This document shows positions 9,540 through 19,149 of a stretch of DNA of 64,000 nt, piece after piece. Origin of the DNA: Deltaproteobacteria bacterium. Its GTDB lineage: Bacteria > Myxococcota > Kuafuiibacteriia > Kuafuiibacteriales > Kuafuiibacteriaceae. The stretch covers positions 352,001 through 416,000 of the forward strand of contig JAVJQW010000043.1 in NCBI GenBank assembly GCA_040218735.1. Reading direction: 5' to 3'. The position numbers and the translations under genes are program-made. Position 1 is the first letter of the stretch; each line of letters begins with the position of its first letter. Under the pieces are notes generated by a model. The model was not told the DNA's origin, ran no database searches, and was given only the letters and a program-made list of their open reading frames with translations.

Positions 9540-10552
9540 CGAAGATGAAGGTCTTGGTGACGGGGGTCGGTGGGTACATCGGTACGCACGTCGCGCGTGA
9601 GCTGCTCGAACGCGGTCACACGGTGCGCGGGACGGTGCGCGACCCGAGTGACGCAAAGAAGAACGGCCACCTCGCGAAGATCGGCGACATCGAGCTGTTC
9701 GCGGCGGACCTGACCACGCCCAAGAGCTTCGACGAAGCGATGAAGGGCTGCGACGCCGTGATGCACGCGGCGTCCGTCGTGAAGTTCTCGGCGAAGGACG
9801 CGCAGAAGGAGATCGTCGACGTCGCGGTGGAGGGCACGCGTAACGTCATCGACAGCGTGATCCGCTCCGAGAACGTGCAGCGCGTCGTTCAGACCTCGTC
9901 GATCGCCGCGGTCGTCGACATGGAAAACGACGACGACTACGTCCACACCGAGAAGGACTGGTGTGCGTCGGCGACGGTGCAGAGCGATCCCTACGCGCTC
10001 TCGAAGACCCTCGCCGAGAAGAAGGCGCGCGAGATGTGTGACGCGCTCCCGGAGGGCGAGCGGTTCACGTTGGCCGCCGCGAACCCGGCGTTTGTGCTCG
10101 GCCCGGTGTACGGGCCCGTGCATCTGCGTTCGAGCCCGACGGTGATCGAGGACCTCTACACGGGCAAGTTCCCGCTCGCGCCCAACCTCTCGTTCTCGAT
10201 CGTGGACGTGCGCGACGTCGCGCTCGCCCACGCGCTCCTGCTCGAGGCGGACGATCCGGCGCCGAGGACGATCCTCTCCAACGGGGTGCTGTGGATGCGT
10301 GAGCTCGCGGCGGCCCTGCGCGAGCGCTTCCCGAGCTGCAAGGCGCCCAAGCGCGGCATGCCGAACGCGCTGATGTACGCGGTGGGCCTGTTCGACAAAC
10401 GCATCGAGTTTCCGTTCCTGCGCGATAACCTCGACCGGGCGCGCACCGTGGATGGCTCGTTTGCGACGAAATCGCTGGGATTTACGTACCGGGACATCCG
10501 GACGGCGGCCCAGGACACGGCGGCCTCGATGGTCGAGCACGGTTTCGTCTGA
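9536..10552 (+). CDS. NAD-dependent epimerase / dihydroflavonol-reductase-like extended SDR
   Basis: VLVTGVGGYIG, TSS and YALSK motifs; ATGA overlap with the upstream gene. Confidence 0.88.
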   Translation: MTKMKVLVTGVGGYIGTHVARELLERGHTVRGTVRDPSDAKKNGHLAKIGDIELFAADLTTPKSFDEAMKGCDAVMHAASVVKFSAKDAQKEIVDVAVEGTRNVIDSVIRSENVQRVVQTSSIAAVVDMENDDDYVHTEKDWCASATVQSDPYALSKTLAEKKAREMCDALPEGERFTLAAANPAFVLGPVYGPVHLRSSPTVIEDLYTGKFPLAPNLSFSIVDVRDVALAHALLLEADDPAPRTILSNGVLWMRELAAALRERFPSCKAPKRGMPNALMYAVGLFDKRIEFPFLRDNLDRARTVDGSFATKSLGFTYRDIRTAAQDTAASMVEHGFV

Positions 10553-10607
10553 GCGGCCCCGGGCTACGCACCTTGTCAACAACCCCGAGGTGCTTAATGA
10601 ATCGGAT

Positions 10608-12545
10608 GTGCCTCGGTTCTTGTTGGCCTTCTGCTGCCTCGCGCTGCTGACCCACTGTCGAACGGCTCCTTTCTCGGACCTCGATCGTTCGAACCTCCCC
10701 AAACCGGACGACCACCCCGAGGTCGACGCGGTCGAGCTCGTGCGAGAACGCATCGTCGAGTACGCCTTCGATTCCGGCGCCCCGATCGCCATGACGACGG
10801 AGCATCGAACGCTCGTCGTGCTCACCGAGGACGGTCAGAACCTCGGTGACTTCGCGACGACCTACTCGGAGTTCACGGATCTGATCTCCGCCGACGTTCG
10901 CATCACGACCCCCGACGGGAAACACAAGGACTACGACGTCTCGAAGATGACGGACTTCCCGCTCATCCAGGGCTACGTGCTGTACGACGACGCGCGCGCG
11001 GTAAGCCTCGACGTCCCCGCGGTGCCGGTGGGGACGGTCGTCGAGACCCGCGTGGTCAAGCGTGAGAAGAAGCCGTCGTACTTCGTCGACCGGTTCTCGT
11101 TCGGGGGCCATTATCCGCTGCGCCGCGCGTCGTTCCGAGTCTTCGAGCCCGAAGGGTGGAAACTCGACCACCGCGCGAGCAAGGCGTGGGGCCCGTACGA
11201 GATGGAGCCTCGGGTGGAGGCTGGCTCGGGGGGCCGCTGGTTGGTCTGGGAGCAGAGCGACATCGCGCGCACGAAGCACGAGGACTACGCGCCGTCGGTG
11301 TGGGATCTGGTGCCGATGGTCGCGGTCCGCATCGCGAGCTGGGTCGACGATGACGGAGCGCCGCAGGCGGAGTTCGACTCGATCGCGACGTACGGTCAAT
11401 TCCTCCACCGGCTGCAGGAGGGGACGGCGAAGCCGACGCCGGCGATTCGCGCCAAGGTGGAAGAGATCCTGAAGGACGCCCCGAAGGACCCGCGCGTGCG
11501 CGCTCAGAAACTCTACGACTGGGTTCAGGAGAACGTTCGCTACGTCGCGGTCGAAGTAGGCATGGGCGGCTGGCGCCCGTACGAGGCGGCGGAGACGTTC
11601 AAGACCCGCCACGGGGACTGCAAGGACAAGGCGACGCTGCTCAAGGCGATGCTCGAAGTCGACGGGATCGAGAGTTACCTCGCGTCGCTCTACTCGCACG
11701 GGGGGACGCCTCGGAAGTATCTGATGCCGGGGTTGGGGCAGTCGAACCACGCGATCTTGGCGGTGAATCTGGGGGATGAGTTGGTCATCGCGGATCCCAC
11801 CACGCGCACGGTTCCGTTCGGTGAGTTGCCGCACAACGATCAGGAGGCCGAGCTGCTGCTCGTGAAGGCGACCGGTGGTGAGTTGTACCCGACGGCGCAG
11901 TCCACGGAGCAGGACAACGTGAAGCGCTTGAGCTTCGATCTCACGGCGGAGGCGTCCGGCGCGACGAAGGGTGTCGTGAAGCTCGAGACCACCGGTCAGT
12001 TCGCGTCCAGCCTTCGCTACAACCTCGTCGCGACGAGTGAGGAGTCCGGCCAGGACGAGGTCCGCGGCTGGGCGTGGCTCTACGACGGCGACGTGAAGAA
12101 CGCCAAGTTCGACGAGGCCTACCGCGACGGGCGTCTGGTCGTGACGGCGCAAGGGGACGTGACGATGGACGAGGTCGGTCGCGACGTCGCTGACGTTCGC
12201 CTGATCAGCTTCGCGGAGATCATGGTGACGCCCGGGCCGAAGCTGCCGCCGATGGAGCGCAAGTTCCCCGTGGTCTTCCGACGTCGAGAGCACCGCGACA
12301 CGACGATTCGTCTGAAGGTGCCGTCGAGCTGGGAGGTCAGCACGTTGCCCGAGGACCAGGTCGTGGAGTCGCCGTTCGGTCGTTACACACAGAGCTGGCG
12401 CCTGGAGGGGGACACACTCGTGGCGCACGGCGACTACCGGTTGAAGGAGCGCAGGATCGAAGCGGCGCGCTACGGCGAGCTGGAGGCGTTCTTCGGTGAG
12501 ATCATCGCGGCGCGCTCGCGCCCGGTCGTGGTGAGGTTGAAATGA
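10608..12545 (+). CDS. DUF3857 + transglutaminase-like + DUF3858 lipoprotein
   Basis: Lipobox-like LTHC; VRYVAVE, GDCKDKA, NHAI and DPT (C-H-D triad). Confidence 0.85.
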   Translation: MPRFLLAFCCLALLTHCRTAPFSDLDRSNLPKPDDHPEVDAVELVRERIVEYAFDSGAPIAMTTEHRTLVVLTEDGQNLGDFATTYSEFTDLISADVRITTPDGKHKDYDVSKMTDFPLIQGYVLYDDARAVSLDVPAVPVGTVVETRVVKREKKPSYFVDRFSFGGHYPLRRASFRVFEPEGWKLDHRASKAWGPYEMEPRVEAGSGGRWLVWEQSDIARTKHEDYAPSVWDLVPMVAVRIASWVDDDGAPQAEFDSIATYGQFLHRLQEGTAKPTPAIRAKVEEILKDAPKDPRVRAQKLYDWVQENVRYVAVEVGMGGWRPYEAAETFKTRHGDCKDKATLLKAMLEVDGIESYLASLYSHGGTPRKYLMPGLGQSNHAILAVNLGDELVIADPTTRTVPFGELPHNDQEAELLLVKATGGELYPTAQSTEQDNVKRLSFDLTAEASGATKGVVKLETTGQFASSLRYNLVATSEESGQDEVRGWAWLYDGDVKNAKFDEAYRDGRLVVTAQGDVTMDEVGRDVADVRLISFAEIMVTPGPKLPPMERKFPVVFRRREHRDTTIRLKVPSSWEVSTLPEDQVVESPFGRYTQSWRLEGDTLVAHGDYRLKERRIEAARYGELEAFFGEIIAARSRPVVVRLK

Positions 12546-14539
12546 TGGGATGGGTTCGGGTTTCAGTCGTCGCCGCGCTGGCGTCGATGACGATGTCGTG
12601 CGCGGCGTCGCTCGGTTGGCAGTGGGCGGAGCCTCAGTTCGTGAAGGCGCCGGACGCGAAGAAGTACGACGGTCACGACGCCGTGTACCTGCTCCGCGAG
12701 CACCGGCTGCTGATGTACCAGGAGTGGGGGAAGGATTCGTACACGGAGCGGCAACGCCATGACGTCGTCGCGATCCTTACCGAGAAGGGGTTCCGGTACG
12801 CGAACTTCCGCATCATCTATCCGAACAAGAACTCGGACCTGATCGCGTTCGCGGCGCGCACGATCAACGAAGACGGCACGGCGACCCCGCTCGAGCCGGA
12901 GTGGGTGTTCGACGACGAGGTCAAGGGGGACGAGAACGGCGCGAAGGTCCGCGTCTTCACGTTCCCGAACGTGAAGGTCGGGAGCATCCTCGAAGTGCAG
13001 TACACGCTGCGCGATGACTACGTGGATTGGTACGAGGCGCCGTTCGTCACGACGAACATCCCGATCGAGAAATACAACCTGGAGCTGATGGGTACGAAGT
13101 CCGTTCGTTACAGCGTCAATGCGTACAACATCGAAGAGGGCAGCGAGTGGAAGACCTCCGTCGACGGGGACTACTGGCGATTGCAGTGGCAGATGAACGA
13201 CGTCCCCGCTTCGAAGGGCGGCGAGCGCGTCGAGCCGCGTGACTTCCGGGAGCCGTGGTGGATGTTCACCGCGCTCGCGTACCAGTCGAGCGCGAACCTC
13301 TACGAGATCCACAAGGACTGGGACTCCACGGTCCGGTATCGCGCGAAGGGCCTCTACGACGAGGACGGTGAGTACTACGAAGGGTTCGACGCCGAGGTCG
13401 ACGACAAGGACTGCACCAACAAGAAGTGTCAGGTGCAGGCCGCGCTCGATTTCCTCCGCGCGGAGCTCTATTTCAACTGGTTCCGCAGCGGGATGGGGCG
13501 GAAGGCGAAGGAGGTCATGGACTCCAAGAAGGCCGACAACTGGGAGAAGAATCGGGTGCTCTGGGAGCTGCTCCGGCGAAAGAAGATCGAGAGCCTCTTC
13601 GTGCTCACGAACCGAAAGAACTACGTCTCGTTCGACAAGGAGCAGCCGCACTACGCGCGCCTGAAGCACTTGCTGCTGTGGGTCCCGAAGCAGACGGGCA
13701 TCGAGGAGGGCTTCTTCGTCGACGCCTCGTGTGAGTTCTGCACCGTGGGGCAGGTGCCGGACTGGGCTCGCGGCGAAGAAGGGTTCGTGGTCAGCGTCGA
13801 GAAAGAGGGCCTGTCGACCGAGAACACCTACAAGGGTGAGTGGAAGAAAATCGTCGGCGCCGAGACGCGACCGGACGTGGCGCACAAGGACTACGCAGTG
13901 ACGGTCGACGCCGCCGGGAAACTCACCGCGAAGATGAAGCAGACGCGGACGGGGTGGGGCGCGCAGTGGTGGCGGTCCGCCCGACGCAACCAGAAGGCCG
14001 ACGCCGCGAAGCGCGAGGCGGAGGGTATGGTCAATCGCCGCGACGAGCGCGGAAAGCTGATCTCCGACTCGCGTTATTCCTTCGTCCCGGACGGGTCGGA
14101 GGGGGAGCGCACGATCGAGTTCGAGATCCCCGACTACGGTGTGCTCGACCAGGAGCGCCTGATCATTCCGCTGTCCGCGCTCGACACGCCGTTCGATGGT
14201 GCCTTCGAGAAGAAGACGCGGGACAAGCCGATCTTCTTCGGACACACGGCGACCTGGTCGGAGCGCCTCGCGGTGCGCGGCCCGAAGGGTTACGCGCCGA
14301 CGATCCTGTTCCCGAGCAAGTCAATCGATGCCGGCGCGGTGAAGGTCGACGTGAAGGTGCGGACCGAAGGGGACGTCGTGGTGATCGAACGCAGCGTCCA
14401 CCACCGCGAAGGCACGTACCTGGTCTCGAAGTACGAGGACATCCGGAACGCGATCGAGCTGTACCGGAGCGTGGACCAGGGGGCGATCGTGTTCGCGAAG
14501 CCGGTGTCCGAGCCGCTCGCGCCTTCGGCCGCGCGCTGA
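12542..14539 (+). CDS. DUF3857-family paralog, catalytic Cys apparently lost
   Basis: FTFPNVKVGSILEVQY (DUF3857); KADNWEKN in place of GDCxD; ATGA overlap. Confidence 0.75.
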   Translation: MMGWVRVSVVAALASMTMSCAASLGWQWAEPQFVKAPDAKKYDGHDAVYLLREHRLLMYQEWGKDSYTERQRHDVVAILTEKGFRYANFRIIYPNKNSDLIAFAARTINEDGTATPLEPEWVFDDEVKGDENGAKVRVFTFPNVKVGSILEVQYTLRDDYVDWYEAPFVTTNIPIEKYNLELMGTKSVRYSVNAYNIEEGSEWKTSVDGDYWRLQWQMNDVPASKGGERVEPRDFREPWWMFTALAYQSSANLYEIHKDWDSTVRYRAKGLYDEDGEYYEGFDAEVDDKDCTNKKCQVQAALDFLRAELYFNWFRSGMGRKAKEVMDSKKADNWEKNRVLWELLRRKKIESLFVLTNRKNYVSFDKEQPHYARLKHLLLWVPKQTGIEEGFFVDASCEFCTVGQVPDWARGEEGFVVSVEKEGLSTENTYKGEWKKIVGAETRPDVAHKDYAVTVDAAGKLTAKMKQTRTGWGAQWWRSARRNQKADAAKREAEGMVNRRDERGKLISDSRYSFVPDGSEGERTIEFEIPDYGVLDQERLIIPLSALDTPFDGAFEKKTRDKPIFFGHTATWSERLAVRGPKGYAPTILFPSKSIDAGAVKVDVKVRTEGDVVVIERSVHHREGTYLVSKYEDIRNAIELYRSVDQGAIVFAKPVSEPLAPSAAR

Positions 14540-14582
14540 GTTTCGTCGACGCCCGCCGCGGGGTTGGGCATGATGCGCCGCG

Positions 14583-15671
14583 ATGCGGCGGTTCTTGCGA
14601 AACCTGAGCGCCGTCTGGGCGGCGCTGGGGATCGCCGCGGTGGCGTGGCTCGGGTTGGAGCTGGTGCTCTCGGCGTTCGGCTCCGAGGGGGGCGCGCCGC
14701 TCGTCGACGTCGCGAACACCGACGCGCTCGCCGACCAGGCCCAGGCCGCCGCGTTGTTCGACGAGCTGTACTCTGGGCGCCTCCAGCACCGGTTCGAGCC
14801 CTTCGCGCACTACCGAATGAAGGCCTACGCGGGCCAGCACGTGAACGTGAACGCGGATGGGTGGCGCGCGACGCCGACGTCCGCGGCCGACGGCCCCACG
14901 GTGTGGGTGCTCGGCGGTTCGACGATATGGGGGATGGGCGCGCGCGACGAAGGCACCATCCCTTCGCACCTCGCGCGGGCGCTGCGTAGCGCTCGCGTCG
15001 AGAACCTCGGGCAGATCGGCTACACGAGCACGCAGGAGCTCATCACGCTGCTCGCGCGCCTGCAGGCCGGCGAGCGCCCGGACGTCGTCGTCTTCTACGA
15101 CGGCGTGAACGATCTGCTGTCGCTGCTGAAGCTCGGGCGGGCCGGTCTCCCGCTCGACGTTCCGCGGCGCGAGCTGGAGTTCAACATCACCCGCCCCGAC
15201 GAGCTGCCGCGCCTCCTGAAGGCGACCGTCGCGAACGTGGCGCGAAAATCCAAGGTGCTCGGTCTGGTGCGCGGCACGGGTGAGCGCCAGCCGGCGAGGC
15301 CCATCGAAGATCCGGAGCGCGCGGCGCAAGACGCCTTGCGCGCCTACCTCGCGAACGTCGCCGCGGCGCAGGGGCTCGCGGAGCGTTACGGGTTCGAGGT
15401 GATGTTCTTCTGGCAGCCGACCTTGTTCGGCAAAGCGAAGCTCAGCGCCTCGGAGAAGGCAGCGCTCGCCGAGGAGGCCTCGTTCGCGCCGGTGTATCGA
15501 GCGGCGCAGGCGCAGGTCGCGACGTCGACGGTCGTGGTCGATCTCTCGGACGTGTTCGGCGAGGACCCGGCGCCGACGTTTTTCGACTTCTGCCACCTGA
15601 GCGAAGCCGGGAACCTACGCGTAGCCGACCGCATCGCACAGGTCGTGGCCCCCGTCCTGGAGGGCCGCTGA
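14583..15671 (+). CDS. Membrane-anchored SGNH/GDSL hydrolase
   Basis: N-terminal TM; LGGST, GYTSTQE, DGVND and DFCH blocks. Confidence 0.85.
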   Translation: MRRFLRNLSAVWAALGIAAVAWLGLELVLSAFGSEGGAPLVDVANTDALADQAQAAALFDELYSGRLQHRFEPFAHYRMKAYAGQHVNVNADGWRATPTSAADGPTVWVLGGSTIWGMGARDEGTIPSHLARALRSARVENLGQIGYTSTQELITLLARLQAGERPDVVVFYDGVNDLLSLLKLGRAGLPLDVPRRELEFNITRPDELPRLLKATVANVARKSKVLGLVRGTGERQPARPIEDPERAAQDALRAYLANVAAAQGLAERYGFEVMFFWQPTLFGKAKLSASEKAALAEEASFAPVYRAAQAQVATSTVVVDLSDVFGEDPAPTFFDFCHLSEAGNLRVADRIAQVVAPVLEGR

Positions 15672-16426
15672 TGTTGCGTCGCGCTCTCCGCCGCGCCGCG
15701 CACGGGTATCTGTCGGTGCACCACCGCGTCGCCGGCGTGCCCGAGGGCGCCGTGCTCGTGCTGGGGCACATGCGCTCGGGGTCGACGCTGCTCCTGCACC
15801 TGTTGATGGCGCACCCCGACATCATGGGCGCGGGCGAGCGCAACGCGACCTACGCTTCGGCGCGGGACTTCGATCGCCTCGCGCGCGACGTGTACCTCGT
15901 GCACCGACGTGCGTTCGGACGGACGCGCTACGTCGCGGACCAGCTCAACCACGATCACCTGATCGCGGAAGACACGCTGCTGCTTCACCACCGCGTGTGC
16001 CCGGTGCTGCTCGTGCGCGACCCGGCGAAGAGCATCGGGTCGATGGTGCGGACGTTCGAGTCCTACGGGGGATGGACGCCCAAGCGGTGCGCGGACTACT
16101 ACGTCGAGCGTGTCGACACCCTCACGCGGTACGCGGAGCTCCTCCGCTCCGTCGGGCGTGCGCCGCTCCTCGTGACCTACGAGGCGCTCGTCGACGATCC
16201 CGTCGCGACCCTCGAACCGGTCCGAGCTGCGCTCGAGCTGCGGGCACCCTTTTCGTCCGAGTACGGCACCCACCGCTTCACCGGTGTGCGCGGCGATCCG
16301 TCGAAGACGATTCAGGCGGGGCGCGTGAAGAAGGACTCCGGTCGCGGCGTCGAGCTCGACTCCGCGATCCGGGAGCGCGCCGAAGCGGCGCGGCAGCGGC
16401 TCCTCGATACGGTTCACGAGCCATGA
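15671..16426 (+). CDS. Sulfotransferase family protein
   Basis: HMRSGSTLL (5'-PSB), RDP..S (3'-PB) and YEAL..DP motifs. Confidence 0.85.
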   Translation: MLRRALRRAAHGYLSVHHRVAGVPEGAVLVLGHMRSGSTLLLHLLMAHPDIMGAGERNATYASARDFDRLARDVYLVHRRAFGRTRYVADQLNHDHLIAEDTLLLHHRVCPVLLVRDPAKSIGSMVRTFESYGGWTPKRCADYYVERVDTLTRYAELLRSVGRAPLLVTYEALVDDPVATLEPVRAALELRAPFSSEYGTHRFTGVRGDPSKTIQAGRVKKDSGRGVELDSAIRERAEAARQRLLDTVHEP

Positions 16427-17511
16427 GCCCGCGGGTCTTCGTGCTGAGCCCCGGCTTCCCGCTGGAGGGCGACAAGTTCGGCGGCGCGGTCGCCGAGCAG
16501 ATCCTCGCGCTCGGGCGCCGGTTCGATCTTCGGGTGTGCTCCCTCGTTCCCCTCGCCGAGCGTCGGTCGCGACGGGGCGACGTCGAGATCCTGGGGCCGC
16601 CGGACGCGGGGCGACTCGGGCGCTTCCGCGCGATCGCGGAGGCGGCGGACGTGTGGCGGCCGGACTTGTTCTGGTGTCTGTGGGTGGACCGCGCCGGGCC
16701 CCCCGCGATCGCGTTGTCCAAGATGTTCGATCGACCGGTGGTGGCGTCGGTGATGGGCGGCGAGCTCGCGCGGTTGCCACACGTTGCCTACGGCACGCGG
16801 CGTTCGCTGCGCGGTCGTGTGACGGTGCAAGCTGTCTTGCGGGCGGCGCGCGTCGTCACCGTCGGATCCCCGCGCCTCCGCGCACAAGCAGAGGCCATCG
16901 CGGGCGCGTCGGTGCGCGAGACGCCGTTCGGCGTGGACCCGGCTCGAATCCAACCGCGAACGCGCGCGCCCTGGACGAGGGACCGACCGCTGAAGATGGC
17001 CGCGGTCGTGGACGTGGCCCGCGTGAAGGGGAGCGAGATGATCTTTGCGGCGCACGCCGAGCTGCTCCGCCAGAGGGTCGAGGCCCGCCTCACCGTCTTC
17101 AGCCTCACGCCGAAGGAGGGCCACGCGGAGCTTCGCGGGCGCGCGTCGGCGGCGGGGATCGGGGAGCACGTGGTGTGGTCGCCTCCGCTCGACGCGGAGG
17201 GCCTGTATCGTCGGCTCCCCGACTTCGACGTGCACGTGTCGGCGTCACTGCACGAGTCGCAGGGTCTCGCGCTGATCGAGGCGGCGATGGCAAACGTACC
17301 GGTCGTCGCGCCGCACGTGGGCGTCGCGGAGGTGCTCGCGGGGCAGGGCGCGGCGACGTTGGTGACGTCGACCTCCGCGCCCGAGCTCGCGCATGCCATC
17401 TTGCAGGCCGCCTCTGCGCCGGTGAGCGGCCGCGAGCGCGTCGCGGCGATCTACGGGATCGAGCCGTGCACGGAGCGCTTCGCGGCGGTGATCGAAGAGG
17501 CGCTGTCGTGA
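16423..17511 (+). CDS. Glycosyltransferase family 4
   Basis: SLHESQGLALIEAA (Ex7E) motif; ATGA overlap. Confidence 0.85.
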   Translation: MSPRVFVLSPGFPLEGDKFGGAVAEQILALGRRFDLRVCSLVPLAERRSRRGDVEILGPPDAGRLGRFRAIAEAADVWRPDLFWCLWVDRAGPPAIALSKMFDRPVVASVMGGELARLPHVAYGTRRSLRGRVTVQAVLRAARVVTVGSPRLRAQAEAIAGASVRETPFGVDPARIQPRTRAPWTRDRPLKMAAVVDVARVKGSEMIFAAHAELLRQRVEARLTVFSLTPKEGHAELRGRASAAGIGEHVVWSPPLDAEGLYRRLPDFDVHVSASLHESQGLALIEAAMANVPVVAPHVGVAEVLAGQGAATLVTSTSAPELAHAILQAASAPVSGRERVAAIYGIEPCTERFAAVIEEALS

Positions 17512-18566
17512 GGATCGCGATCGTCGTCCCCGTGGCCTACGTCGAGGGGGAGTCCTGGGACGAGCTCGCGCACCGCTACATCCCGATGCACCACGCGCGG
17601 CACCTCGCGGCGCTCGGTCACGAGGTGCACCTGTTCGCCGACGGACCGCCCCGGGTGTTTGCGCACGACGGTTTCACCGTGCACGTGCTCCACGCCCCGT
17701 TCCCCGCCGTGGGCGGCGTCGTGCGTTCGCCGCACTTGATCCGCGCGGCCGACGCGATTCACCCGGACGTCATTCACCTGCACCACCTCCTCGCGGCGGA
17801 GAACGTCGCCGCCGCCGTTCGCACGGGGCGGCGGGTGTTCGCCGAGTACCACGGCGGTGAGGCGCCGCGCTGGCGGTGGCGGCGAGCGCTCGCGCGGTGG
17901 GCGTCGGCGCGCTTGGCGGGGGCGTTCTTTGCCAACCCCACGATCGCGGAGCGGCTGCGTCGCGACGGGGCGCTCGCGCCCGATACGCCGGTGCACATCA
18001 GCCCCGAGACGACCTCGCGCTACTTGAAGCTCGAGCCCCACGAAGCCGGCGGGCTCCGGGTGCTCGTCGTCGGCCGCTGCGAAGCCCCGAAGGATCCCGA
18101 CGCGACCCTCGCGACCTTCCGCGCGATCCTCGCCCGCGCGCCCGACGCCCAGCTCGTGTGGGCCAGCGCCTCGGGCGCCGACACCGATCGCATCCGCGCG
18201 GCGATGTCGCCGGCCGTGAACGCGTCGTTGACCTTCGGCCCGGTGCCGGTGTCGAAGATGCCCGCGACCTTCGCGTCGGCCGACGTCACGATCTGTACGA
18301 GCGCCCGGGAGATCGGCGGGACGGTGTTGAGTGAGTCGCTCAGCCAGGGGACGCCGTTCGCGGCCTTTCACCTCCCGACCTTCGAGGCGCTCGCGCCGCG
18401 GTGTGAGGCGGTCGCGTTGCTGCCCTCCCGCGATCCGGAGGCGCTCGCCGAGCGGGCGCTCGCGCTCGCCGCCGCCGACGTTCGCGAAGAGGCGCGCCGC
18501 CACTTCGAAGACGTGCTGTCCTGGGCGGCGATCGCCCGCGCGCGCACCGCGATCTACGCCCGTTGA
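17508..18566 (+). CDS. Glycosyltransferase family 4
   Basis: VGRCEAPK and SAREIGGTVLSESL (Ex7E) motifs; GTGA overlap. Confidence 0.8.
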   Translation: MRIAIVVPVAYVEGESWDELAHRYIPMHHARHLAALGHEVHLFADGPPRVFAHDGFTVHVLHAPFPAVGGVVRSPHLIRAADAIHPDVIHLHHLLAAENVAAAVRTGRRVFAEYHGGEAPRWRWRRALARWASARLAGAFFANPTIAERLRRDGALAPDTPVHISPETTSRYLKLEPHEAGGLRVLVVGRCEAPKDPDATLATFRAILARAPDAQLVWASASGADTDRIRAAMSPAVNASLTFGPVPVSKMPATFASADVTICTSAREIGGTVLSESLSQGTPFAAFHLPTFEALAPRCEAVALLPSRDPEALAERALALAAADVREEARRHFEDVLSWAAIARARTAIYAR

Positions 18567-18576
18567 TTCCGTCGCG

Positions 18577-19149
18577 GTGATCGCCGAGGGTCGCCTCGTG
18601 TCGATCTTCCTGCTCGGCGTCGTCGTGGGCGCCACGGCGCTCGCGGGGCTCCTCGGCCTCCTCCTCACCACCGCCCGTCGCGGCGCTCCGCTGGAGCCCG
18701 AGGTGTTCGACGTGTTGCAGGCCGAAGCGACGACCGCCATCGAGCACCGCGACGTCCCGGTCGCGGCGGTCGTCGTCTACGCGGGGGAGATCATCGGACG
18801 CGGCCGCAACCGCATGAACGAGCGCTGCGACGCCGGCGGGCACGCCGAGATCGCCGCCATCACCGACGCGATCGGCCGGCTCGGCCACGACCGCTTCGGC
18901 GCGCTCGACCGCGACCAGCTGTTCCTCGCTTCGACCTGGGAGCCCTGCGCAATGTGCCGCGGCGCCGCGATCGTCCACCGCATCGAACACGTCGTCATCG
19001 CCACGAAGAAGCCGTGGCGCGAAGCGGCCCGCGAGCGCCGCGCGGAGATTCGCCACTTCCTACGCCGCCGCCAGAGCGGCCCCGACGCGATGCAGCAGCG
19101 CCTCAACCGCGCCTACTACGACGTGCACGGTCGCCCGCGCGACCTATAA
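18577..19149 (+). CDS. Zn-dependent nucleoside deaminase (TadA-like) with N-terminal TM helix
   Basis: DVPVAAVVV, HAE and EPCAMC motifs; start at 18577 or 18598. Confidence 0.8.
   Translation: MIAEGRLVSIFLLGVVVGATALAGLLGLLLTTARRGAPLEPEVFDVLQAEATTAIEHRDVPVAAVVVYAGEIIGRGRNRMNERCDAGGHAEIAAITDAIGRLGHDRFGALDRDQLFLASTWEPCAMCRGAAIVHRIEHVVIATKKPWREAARERRAEIRHFLRRRQSGPDAMQQRLNRAYYDVHGRPRDL

Noticed and set aside
5373-9656. 1427-aa minus-strand ORF
   Set aside because: Antisense shadow of the high-GC3 lipoprotein gene; Arg/His-rich with no motifs
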